DNA from: an uncultured Prolixibacteraceae bacterium
GTDB lineage: Bacteria; Bacteroidota; Bacteroidia; Bacteroidales; Prolixibacteraceae
Assembly (NCBI GenBank): GCA_964567485.1
Contig: CAZMMX010000003.1
Span: forward strand, 68,781 to 132,780
DNA: 64,000 bases
Direction: 5' to 3'
The notes under the pieces are model-generated. The model was not told where the DNA came from, did no database searches, and worked only from the letters and a program-made list of their open reading frames with translations. Positions 39,403 through 47,124 of the stretch are shown piece by piece. Numbering within the stretch: the stretch's first letter is position 1; every line of letters starts with the position of its first letter. The position numbers were made by a program, and so were the translations under genes.

Positions 39403-39995
39403 GATTTCTTGACCGCCACCAGCACGAAATCAAGAGTGAAATCATCATAAATCAGATTGTCTCCCAGTCCGGTGAAAAAGGAGCCTGAACCGAACTTCAC
39501 GTCATACTTGGCCCTGTTGACCACGATCTTTCCGCTGCTCCGCAGCAAGGCGCCTTCGGTAACCGTAGTGGCCCTGAAAGTCACCGGATGCGTAATCCCC
39601 TTGATGGTCAGGTTGCCGGTAAAATCATACTCATTGCCCTTTACCTTTTTTACCTGCGTCAGGACAAAAGAGGCCGCAGGGTATTTTTCCACAGAAAAGA
39701 AATCATCCGATTTCAGGTGGCCGACCAAACGACCGTTGGAACCGGCATCGGTGATATCTTCACAAACGATGGTCGACATATCCATCACCATGGTCGCCGC
39801 AGAAATGAGGTCATTCTTCATTTCGAGCTTGCCGCTTTTGAGCTTGATACTCCCGTAATGCTCTCCGGTAACCTTCTTACCATTCCATTTTACCGAACTC
39901 CTGGTGTTATCCACCTCATACTGGTTGGCTTCTGCGACTCCGGAAAAAACGGCCACTAAAATCAATAGTGCAAAAAAACGTTTCAAAATATTCAT
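39399..39995 (-). CDS. YceI family (polyisoprenoid-binding) periplasmic protein
   Basis: 198-aa ORF with a signal peptide, then Y.VD...S.V.W.G.K....H.G, HLKSDDFF..EKYP.A.F, F.G.LTIKGITHPV and a C-terminal DDFTLDF string. Confidence 0.88.
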   Translation of the reverse strand: MNILKRFFALLILVAVFSGVAEANQYEVDNTRSSVKWNGKKVTGEHYGSIKLKSGKLEMKNDLISAATMVMDMSTIVCEDITDAGSNGRLVGHLKSDDFFSVEKYPAASFVLTQVKKVKGNEYDFTGNLTIKGITHPVTFRATTVTEGALLRSSGKIVVNRAKYDVKFGSGSFFTGLGDNLIYDDFTLDFVLVAVKKS

Positions 39996-40130
39996 CTTCT
40001 TTCTCTTTTTTACTGTTATTACTTACAATTTTCATTTTAAGACAAACTACTCCTTATTTTGTTCATGAGTAGGATGGAAATAATTGAACATGGTGTAGTT
40101 GAGGGAGTGAAATAAAAACAGGGGAGGGTA

Positions 40131-40138
40131 TAAATTTG
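40131..40138 (+). promoter_or_regulatory. -7 promoter box TAAATTTG upstream of the Crp/Fnr gene
   Basis: Exact TAnnTTTG match in the AT-rich divergent spacer, 75 nt upstream of ATG 40213. Confidence 0.35.
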
Positions 40139-40212
40139 TGAGGTTTCCGGGAAGTAGTATCTTTATGGCGTTCAAATTAAGGGAATTCACATTCTTTTAG
40201 ATCTAAGCCGAT

Positions 40213-40914
40213 ATGAGGACGATGCTAAGGAGGCCAACGGATGACGATACGGATCTGGGGGGTTTTTTGCTGTTCAAGAAGTTGACGGATGAAGAGTTGA
40301 ACCGTCTCAATTATGAGAAGAGTTGTTCTTCCTACCGAAAAGGAACGATTGTATACCGTGAGGGAAGCCGGTTGACGGGTTTTTATTGTGTAACCCGGGG
40401 GATTGTCAAGATTTTTAAGACCGGCATTGACGGCAAGGAGCAGATCATCAGGTTTGCCAAGCGCGGTGAGATTATCGCTTACCGGTCGTTGTTAAGCCAG
40501 GAGCTGGCCTGTACGACGGCCAAAATCATCGAAGAGGCTGTTTTGTGTCATGTTCCCTATCAGACCCTTCTGTATCTCATTCAGAACAACTGGCAATTTT
40601 CACATCACATGCTTCAGATTGTATGCCGTGAATTGCGTGAGGCCAACGACTACATCACCGATATTGCCCAGAAGTCGGTCAGGGAGAGGCTTGCCGAGGT
40701 TTTACTTCTTCTGAAGGAGGATTTTGAACTCGACCACCAGAATACCCTGCAGATTTCGCTGACCCGGGAGGAGCTTGCCAATATGGTGGGAACAGCCACC
40801 GAGTCGGTCATCAGGCTTTTGTCGGAATTCCGGCAGGACAATCTGATAGAGCTTCAGGGAAGAAAAATCAAGTTTATCAACATTTCAGGTCTCCGCAAGG
40901 TCGCGGGGATTTAG
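40213..40914 (+). CDS. Crp/Fnr family transcriptional regulator
   Basis: 233-aa ORF with a cNMP-binding beta-roll (GFYCVTRGIVKIFKTG.DGKEQII) and the C-terminal HTH RERLAEVLLLL...LTREELANMVGTATESVIRLL. Confidence 0.88.
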   Translation: MRTMLRRPTDDDTDLGGFLLFKKLTDEELNRLNYEKSCSSYRKGTIVYREGSRLTGFYCVTRGIVKIFKTGIDGKEQIIRFAKRGEIIAYRSLLSQELACTTAKIIEEAVLCHVPYQTLLYLIQNNWQFSHHMLQIVCRELREANDYITDIAQKSVRERLAEVLLLLKEDFELDHQNTLQISLTREELANMVGTATESVIRLLSEFRQDNLIELQGRKIKFINISGLRKVAGI

Positions 40915-40943
40915 TCCTTCCGGGGGCAGTAATTAGGAGGTCC

Positions 40944-41762
40944 ATGCAGAAACGCCACACCGACCGACATCTTTATTTCAAAGAGCAGGAGTACACCACA
41001 GAGAAGTATATCCTTCCGTTCATTGAGAAGGGCGGCCCTGTGATTCCGGGGATGCGCATCCTCGAGGTGGGTTGTGGCGAAGGGGGTAATCTGAAGCCTT
41101 TTCTGGAGCGGGGGTGTCATGTGACGGGAGTAGACCTTGCAGAAGGGAAGATAGAGCTGGCCCACACTTTTTATGCAGGCCTTCCCGGCAGGGACAGGGT
41201 TGAGCTGATATCGGCCGATATCTACCAGCTTCCGGTGCCTCCCGGAAAATTCGATGTGGTGGTCATGCGCGACGTGATTGAACATATCCATGATCAGGAG
41301 CGGTTCATGGGGTTCATCAGCCATTTCATGCACCGGGAAAGCCGTTTTTTCCTGGCCTTTCCGCCATGGCAGAATCCTTTTGGCGGCCACCAGCAGATTT
41401 GCCGTCACCGCCTGCTGGCGAAGCTTCCCTGGATCCACCTGCTACCACGCCGGCTTTACCGTGGTCTCCTCCGCGCCGGCGGTGAAAGCGCCGCCACCAT
41501 TGCCAACCTCGAAGAGATCAGGGACACCCGCCTCACCATAGAACATTTTGAGAAGATATTCCGCCAGGCAGGATATCAGCTGGCAGAAAAGCAGCACTTC
41601 CTGGTCAATCCCATTTATGAGGTGAAATTCGGCCTCCGGCCCCGCTCCCAGGCCAGGTGGATAGCCGCCATTCCGGGAGTGCGCAATTTCCTGACGACCT
41701 CGGCATACTACCTGCTGGTTCCCGGCACCGGCCTGACAGGGGAAAAACCCTCCCTGTCCTGA
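40944..41762 (+). CDS. class I SAM-dependent methyltransferase
   Basis: 272-aa ORF with SAM-binding motif I ILEVGCGEGGN, an acidic post-I string, and DVVVMRDVIEHI. Confidence 0.8.
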   Translation: MQKRHTDRHLYFKEQEYTTEKYILPFIEKGGPVIPGMRILEVGCGEGGNLKPFLERGCHVTGVDLAEGKIELAHTFYAGLPGRDRVELISADIYQLPVPPGKFDVVVMRDVIEHIHDQERFMGFISHFMHRESRFFLAFPPWQNPFGGHQQICRHRLLAKLPWIHLLPRRLYRGLLRAGGESAATIANLEEIRDTRLTIEHFEKIFRQAGYQLAEKQHFLVNPIYEVKFGLRPRSQARWIAAIPGVRNFLTTSAYYLLVPGTGLTGEKPSLS

Positions 41763-41810
41763 TTTCCGCCAGGCCCCGGAATAGCATTCCGGAGAAACAT
41801 CAGTGAAATA

Positions 41811-43022
41811 TCACCGTGCCAGCCATAGTTCGGGATCCAGCTTCTGGCTCTCCTTCCAGATCTGGAACTTGAGAATCGTTTTGTTGCCGTCGTTGGTATC
41901 GGTGTAAACAGTCCCCAGTTTCTGGCGTATGGAAACGGCATCTCCCTTTCTGACCACCACATTGACCAGGTTCGAATAGACGGTCAGGTATTGTCCGTGA
42001 CGGATGATCACCGCCATATTACCGCCGGTGATGGCAAAGACGCGGCTCACCTCTCCCTTAAAGACGGCACGGGCCTGGGCTCCCGCTTCCGTGGTAATAT
42101 TGACCCCGTTATTGTTCACGGTGACGTTCGACAGCACCGGATGGGTATGAACCCCGAATTTCTCGGTGATCACACCCCGTTCCACCGGCCAGGGAATTCG
42201 CCGCTTATTCTGTTCAAAATCACTCCCCGCCAGTTTCTGCTCGGGAGTCATCCCCACTTCCCCCTCTTTTCCCGGTTTTGCCAGTTTCCGGGCTTCTTCC
42301 TCGATGATCCGCTGGATTTCCCGTTCCAGCTGCTGCTCAATGCGCCGCTGCTGGGCCAGCTTGTTACGCAGGCTGTTTTTCTGCTTCTGCAACTCCTTGG
42401 CAACGCTATTCTGCCGGTTTTTCTGATCGGCCAATCGGCGCCGTTCCGCCTCCTGCTGCGACATCACCGAGGATCGGGCCTGCTGCTGATTCTCAAGATC
42501 CATTTTCTTTTTCGTCAAAATAGACTGGATCGATTGGATGGTCTCGGCCTGCCGGCGCCGGAAATCGGTATATTGCCGCACATAGGCAAAACGACGGTAG
42601 GCCTGATTAAAATTATCGGCCGAAAGGAAAAAAAGCAGCTTGTCGTAAGCACGACGGTTTTTCCAGGCAAACCTCACCATCAGGGCATACTCCTCTCTGA
42701 TTTTTTCCAGGTCGGAAGTGAGCATCTCCACCACCGTGGAATTATCGTTAATCAGCGACTGCAATAGCGACACCTCGGAAGCCATGGTCGTGATCAACTG
42801 GTTTCGCTGTTCTATCTGACTGTTGAGGAGCCTCAGCTTACCCAGGGTGGCCTTCTGATTCTGGTCCACCTTTCCCAGGAGCTCATTGGTGTAACGGATC
42901 TCCTCGGCGGCCGATTCCTTCTTTTTGCGCAACTCATCAAGCGACTGTCCCCGGGCCTCCGGCAGAAGCACCATCAGGAAAAGCACCATCAAAAACAGCG
43001 GAATTTCTCGTATTATCCCCAT
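41811..43022 (-). CDS. EnvC-like murein hydrolase activator (coiled coil plus degenerate LytM/M23 domain)
   Basis: 403-aa ORF with a signal peptide, then ~250 aa of Gln/Glu/Arg-rich coiled coil, then an M23 fold. The metal-ligand strings are replaced: NNGVNI for HxGxDx, YSNL for YxHL, and ILKFQ for HLHFE. Confidence 0.85.
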   Translation of the reverse strand: MGIIREIPLFLMVLFLMVLLPEARGQSLDELRKKKESAAEEIRYTNELLGKVDQNQKATLGKLRLLNSQIEQRNQLITTMASEVSLLQSLINDNSTVVEMLTSDLEKIREEYALMVRFAWKNRRAYDKLLFFLSADNFNQAYRRFAYVRQYTDFRRRQAETIQSIQSILTKKKMDLENQQQARSSVMSQQEAERRRLADQKNRQNSVAKELQKQKNSLRNKLAQQRRIEQQLEREIQRIIEEEARKLAKPGKEGEVGMTPEQKLAGSDFEQNKRRIPWPVERGVITEKFGVHTHPVLSNVTVNNNGVNITTEAGAQARAVFKGEVSRVFAITGGNMAVIIRHGQYLTVYSNLVNVVVRKGDAVSIRQKLGTVYTDTNDGNKTILKFQIWKESQKLDPELWLAR

Positions 43023-43026
43023 GCCC

Positions 43027-43908
43027 CTAATTTAAGGAAACCCTTTGATATTTCTCAGGAATCTTCAGGGGAACAAATTCACTGTTCTCTGTTGAAAACC
43101 CGCTCATTCTTGCGCTCAGGGCCATGCGGCTCTCAGGAGATGTAACCTCCAGGTCGAGGGCTGCCGGATAATACTTCCCGCCGATCTGTTCATAATCGCC
43201 GAATCTCATTTCGGCCACCCGGGGTGTGAGCTTATCTTCAAGCCTCATTTTTCTGATCACCACCAGGTCGGGATCAAAGAAAAAGGTCTGCACCACCCTG
43301 GGTTCCTCTTCCCCGAGACGTTTCATGGTCCTTTCGGCGCGTTCCTCCCTGCCTTTTTCCTGCAGGCGGGTCAGTTTTTCCTGCTCCTGGGGTTCCAGAA
43401 CATACATTCCCTCCTCGATACGTGTGGAGTATTCGCGCAGTTCGCGGGTGTTGTCAAAAAGAGAGAAAATATTTGCGGAGATAATGGCCTGGACACTCTG
43501 GAAGTCGATAGGGAGTCCCAGTATACGGCTGAAAGGTTCATATCCGCCGGCATACCACGACCTGTCGAAATAGTTGACATAGGTGACGCTGTCGGGGGTG
43601 AGCCATACCCGTGCCACCAGAAGGTTGAGCTTGGAGACCGAAAAAAGGAGCGACTCTCCCCTGATGGCCTCGAGGCCCGCACGGAAGGTGGTCCGGGTCT
43701 CCCCGTTATCTACCTGAATATTGATTTTCCGGATGCTGAAATGATGGTAGGTAAAACTGTTGTCGAGGGCCTTTTTATACAACCTGACGGCACTGACAGG
43801 CCTGATTCTTTCCTCAGGAAGCTTCTCCGCGGTCTTGCAGGAATGGAATAACCCGGCAACGACCATCACCAACAGGGAAATAAGCAGAAAAGGGCGGTGG
43901 TGGGCCAT
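43027..43908 (-). CDS. DUF4292-like lipoprotein
   Basis: 293-aa ORF with lipobox LFHSC. Strings FSIRKINIQVDNGE, LLVARVWLTPDSV and YYPAALDLEV resemble DUF4292. It sits in the conserved position between the TPR and M23 genes. Confidence 0.72.
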   Translation of the reverse strand: MAHHRPFLLISLLVMVVAGLFHSCKTAEKLPEERIRPVSAVRLYKKALDNSFTYHHFSIRKINIQVDNGETRTTFRAGLEAIRGESLLFSVSKLNLLVARVWLTPDSVTYVNYFDRSWYAGGYEPFSRILGLPIDFQSVQAIISANIFSLFDNTRELREYSTRIEEGMYVLEPQEQEKLTRLQEKGREERAERTMKRLGEEEPRVVQTFFFDPDLVVIRKMRLEDKLTPRVAEMRFGDYEQIGGKYYPAALDLEVTSPESRMALSARMSGFSTENSEFVPLKIPEKYQRVSLN

Positions 43909-43914
43909 GGTCCG

Positions 43915-45663
43915 TTATTCTTCTATGAATCTTTTCTCTTTGATTTTCTGTTTCAGGGTGGGCGATTCCGACCCCCACTCCAGCGCTTTCTCCCAGTTTT
44001 TGAGAGCTTCTTCTGTATGTCCCATCATGATCAGAATATCGCCGTAATGCTCAATAAGGGTGGCATTCTGTTCTTCGGAGTGGGACAGGGCGGTTTCCAT
44101 GTAAAACCGTGCCAGGGCGTAGCTTTTCTTTTTGAAGAGCACCCAGGCATAGGTATCGAGGTAGGTCGCGTTATCGGGAAAGCGTTCGATGACGCGGCCG
44201 CTCAACCTTTCGGCCTTTTCCAGCTCCCTGTTGGCCAGAGAGAGGTAATAGGCATAATTGTTCATGGCGATAAAGTTCTCGGGGTCGAGGGTCAGGGCCT
44301 GATCGAAGAGGGCAAAAGCTTCGTCGGGCTTATTCAGTTTGTAGAGGGCCTCACCCTTGAGGAAAACCATCTGTCCCTGCAGGAACTTATTATCGACTAC
44401 GTAGGTCAGTCCCTCTTCCACGATGCCGGCGGCATCGTCATAGCGGCTCAGCTGAAGGGCGCCGATGGCCTGAAAGAAGTAAAACTGCGCCTGGTTGGGG
44501 TAGAGGTCCAGGGCACGCCGCCCGTGGTCGTACAAAGCCTGCCAGTCCTGCAGGTCATTATCGAGATAAAGGATCTGCTCCCATATGGCAAAATCGCTCA
44601 CTCCGCTATCGATCACTTTAAGCAGCTGATCGCGGGCTTCCCGGGGGCGTTCATTGCGGATGAGGTACTCGGCAAAGAGGGAGGTGATCCGGTAATCGTC
44701 GGGGTGTTTTTCGGTCAGAAGGATGATCAGCTCCTCATTCTGTTCCGGACGAAGGGGCATTTCGGCATTTGGCCCGGTATGAAGGAGGTAGAGCTGTAGT
44801 TTGGTATCCAGGTCAACCCCGTCGCTTTTAAAGCCGTCGAGGGTATAATTCCAGGCCCTGGCGGTATCGCCACCGGCCAGGTAAAAAGAGGCCAGTGAGA
44901 AATTGACAAAACCGTTGGCGGGGTCGAGTTCCAGGATTTTCAGGTAGTTTTTGAGGGCGTTATCGCGGTCGCCCTGTTCCTTGTAGAGGTCGGCCAGTAA
45001 TCCGTAATAGCGGGTATCGGAGGGATTGGAGGCGATCAGGCGCTGCACTTCCGCGAAAGCCTCCTTCACCCGGCCGGCCTCCATGAGCAGATCCTGACGG
45101 GCCATGGAAATCTGGTCGTTGATGCCACTCTTTTTCTCCAGGTCCCCGAAAGCCTTCAGGGCTTCGTCCACCTTTTTGGCCCTGCCCAGCTCCATGGCTT
45201 TCATGTAGAGGTACTCCTCGCGATCGGGTTCCATTTTCGAAAGCTGATCGAATAGCCCGGCAGCTTCGGCGCTCTTGCCCGTCTGCTGGTAAATGCGGGC
45301 CAGCAGCAACTTGTACCACTTATTCTCCGAATTGACCGATATGGCCTTTTCCAGAAGCAGGGAAGCACTGGTGAGGTCGTTGTTCATCAGATGCAGGTTG
45401 GCCAGCTCGTACATGGCGGCAGAAGAGTTGGGATCGATTTCGAGACACGCCGATAACAAGGAGACCGCCTTCTGGGGATTGCCCACCATTTTCTGTTTCA
45501 ACGCCTCGATAAAGAGATACTCGAGCTCTTTATTCTTCTCTCCGGAAAGCGGGAGTTGCGGAGTACCCCCTTGTGGCACTTCCACCGAAGCCTTTCGCGG
45601 GGCAGAACAGGAAACGGCCATTCCTGACAACAGAATGATTATCCAGATAAATTTTGTCTTCAT
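43915..45663 (-). CDS. tetratricopeptide repeat lipoprotein
   Basis: I start it at ATG 45663 (MKTKFIWIIILLSGMAVSC lipobox). Repeated 34-aa A..Y..lG/A..y...g....A TPR units run throughout. The track start 45738 would overlap dut. Confidence 0.85.
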   Translation of the reverse strand: MKTKFIWIIILLSGMAVSCSAPRKASVEVPQGGTPQLPLSGEKNKELEYLFIEALKQKMVGNPQKAVSLLSACLEIDPNSSAAMYELANLHLMNNDLTSASLLLEKAISVNSENKWYKLLLARIYQQTGKSAEAAGLFDQLSKMEPDREEYLYMKAMELGRAKKVDEALKAFGDLEKKSGINDQISMARQDLLMEAGRVKEAFAEVQRLIASNPSDTRYYGLLADLYKEQGDRDNALKNYLKILELDPANGFVNFSLASFYLAGGDTARAWNYTLDGFKSDGVDLDTKLQLYLLHTGPNAEMPLRPEQNEELIILLTEKHPDDYRITSLFAEYLIRNERPREARDQLLKVIDSGVSDFAIWEQILYLDNDLQDWQALYDHGRRALDLYPNQAQFYFFQAIGALQLSRYDDAAGIVEEGLTYVVDNKFLQGQMVFLKGEALYKLNKPDEAFALFDQALTLDPENFIAMNNYAYYLSLANRELEKAERLSGRVIERFPDNATYLDTYAWVLFKKKSYALARFYMETALSHSEEQNATLIEHYGDILIMMGHTEEALKNWEKALEWGSESPTLKQKIKEKRFIEE

Positions 45664-45700
45664 TTCTTCACCTTTTTCCGGAACGGCCGGAATCTCATTT

Positions 45701-46135
45701 TCAATTTTTCCCGGTATGGCCGAATCCTCCCTCACCACGGATGGTGGGTTCCAACTGATGGGTCAGCTGCCATTCCACCCGGGCATGAGAGGCCACCACC
45801 ATCTGGCAAATACGGTCCCCGTTACGCACGGTGAACTCCTCGGAAGAGAGGTTGACCAGGATCACACAGATCTCACCCCGGTAGTCAGCGTCAATGGTTC
45901 CGGGAGTGTTCAGCACGGTAATGCCCTTCTTAAGGGCCAGGCCGCTGCGGGGTCTGATCTGTGCCTCATACCCCTCGGGGATTTCCACATATAATCCGGT
46001 AGGGATCAGCTTTCTCTCCAGAGGTTTCAACACCACCTCCTCTTCCAGAAACGCCCTCAGATCCATTCCTGCCGAAAGAGGAGTACTGTAGGCCGGCAAA
46101 ACATTGCCCGACCGGTTGACGATCTTAACTTCCAT
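45701..46135 (-). CDS. dut: dUTP diphosphatase
   Basis: 144-aa ORF with [28 protein letters not shown] and a C-terminal [10 protein letters not shown] string. Confidence 0.93.
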   Translation of the reverse strand: MEVKIVNRSGNVLPAYSTPLSAGMDLRAFLEEEVVLKPLERKLIPTGLYVEIPEGYEAQIRPRSGLALKKGITVLNTPGTIDADYRGEICVILVNLSSEEFTVRNGDRICQMVVASHARVEWQLTHQLEPTIRGEGGFGHTGKN

Positions 46136-46155
46136 AGAATCATCCGTAAAAGGCG

Positions 46156-46163
46156 CAAATATA
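46156..46163 (-). promoter_or_regulatory. -7 promoter box (TATATTTG on minus strand) for dut
   Basis: Plus-strand CAAATATA, 21 nt upstream of the dut ATG at 46135. Confidence 0.4.
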
Positions 46164-46273
46164 GGGAAATCACCAGAAATCAGGGAGGCTTTAACAATTA
46201 TTATAGGTGAGGTGGATGGATGACCTTGCCGGGGAATTTCCTATTTTTACACCATCTCCCTGATAAAATAACC

Positions 46274-47074
46274 ATGCCGGGTACCATTTTTGATATCAAG
46301 TGTTTTGCCGTGCACGACGGACCGGGAATACGGACCACGGTCTTCCTGAAGGGGTGTCCCCTTCAATGCCGCTGGTGCCACAATCCGGAGGGCCGGGATC
46401 CTGAACCCTGCTGTACCGAACGGAAAATTCCCTTTGACGGCCGGGAGTTCAGCGAGGAGGAGGTCACCGGGCGGCGGGTGACCTGCGGGGAGGTGATGGC
46501 AGAAGTCCTCAAAGAACGGCTGATCATGGAAGAGAGTGGCGGCGGGGTGACCTTCTCGGGAGGAGAGCCCCTGATGCAGGCGGCTTTTCTGGCCGAACTG
46601 CTGACGGCCTGCAGGGAGGAGGGATTCCATACCGCCGTGGACACCTCGGGCTATGCCGTCCGTAGCGACCTGGCCACCGTCGCCCCTCTGACCTCCCTTT
46701 TCCTTTACGACCTCAAGGTGATCGACGAAGGAATCCACCGCCGCACCACAGGACTCTCCAATGCCATGATCCTGGCCAACTTCAGGTGGCTGGCAGACCA
46801 GGGCTATACCATGAGGGTGAGGATTCCCCTGATCAGGGAGATCTCGGCGACCCCCAAAAATATCAGGGAAACCCTGGATTTTCTGGCACCTCATGCCGGG
46901 GTAATCGATCAGGTAGACCTGCTTCCCTATCATCGCACCGGAGTCCACAAATACCAGAAGCTCGGCATCCGTTGCGACATGCCGGCGTCAGAAGCAGAAC
47001 CTTCGGCGCACGAGGTGGAGGAGATCGCCACCCTCTTCCGGGAGAAAGGCTTCAGGGTCAAAACAGGAGGCTAG
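46274..47074 (+). CDS. glycyl-radical enzyme activating protein (PflA-like, no ferredoxin insert)
   Basis: 266 aa from ATG 46274 (MPGTIFDIKCFAVHDGPGIRTTVFLKGCPLQCRWCHNPE). It has the radical-SAM motif CX3CX2C, GGVTFSGGEP, TAVDTSGY and LLPYH. A near-consensus -7 box TATTTTTA at 46242..46249 argues against the 46220 start. Confidence 0.9.
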   Translation: MPGTIFDIKCFAVHDGPGIRTTVFLKGCPLQCRWCHNPEGRDPEPCCTERKIPFDGREFSEEEVTGRRVTCGEVMAEVLKERLIMEESGGGVTFSGGEPLMQAAFLAELLTACREEGFHTAVDTSGYAVRSDLATVAPLTSLFLYDLKVIDEGIHRRTTGLSNAMILANFRWLADQGYTMRVRIPLIREISATPKNIRETLDFLAPHAGVIDQVDLLPYHRTGVHKYQKLGIRCDMPASEAEPSAHEVEEIATLFREKGFRVKTGG

Positions 47075-47124
47075 CTCCGGGAATAACTTACATAAAATCA
47101 AAATAGCATAAAACTGACATCCCT

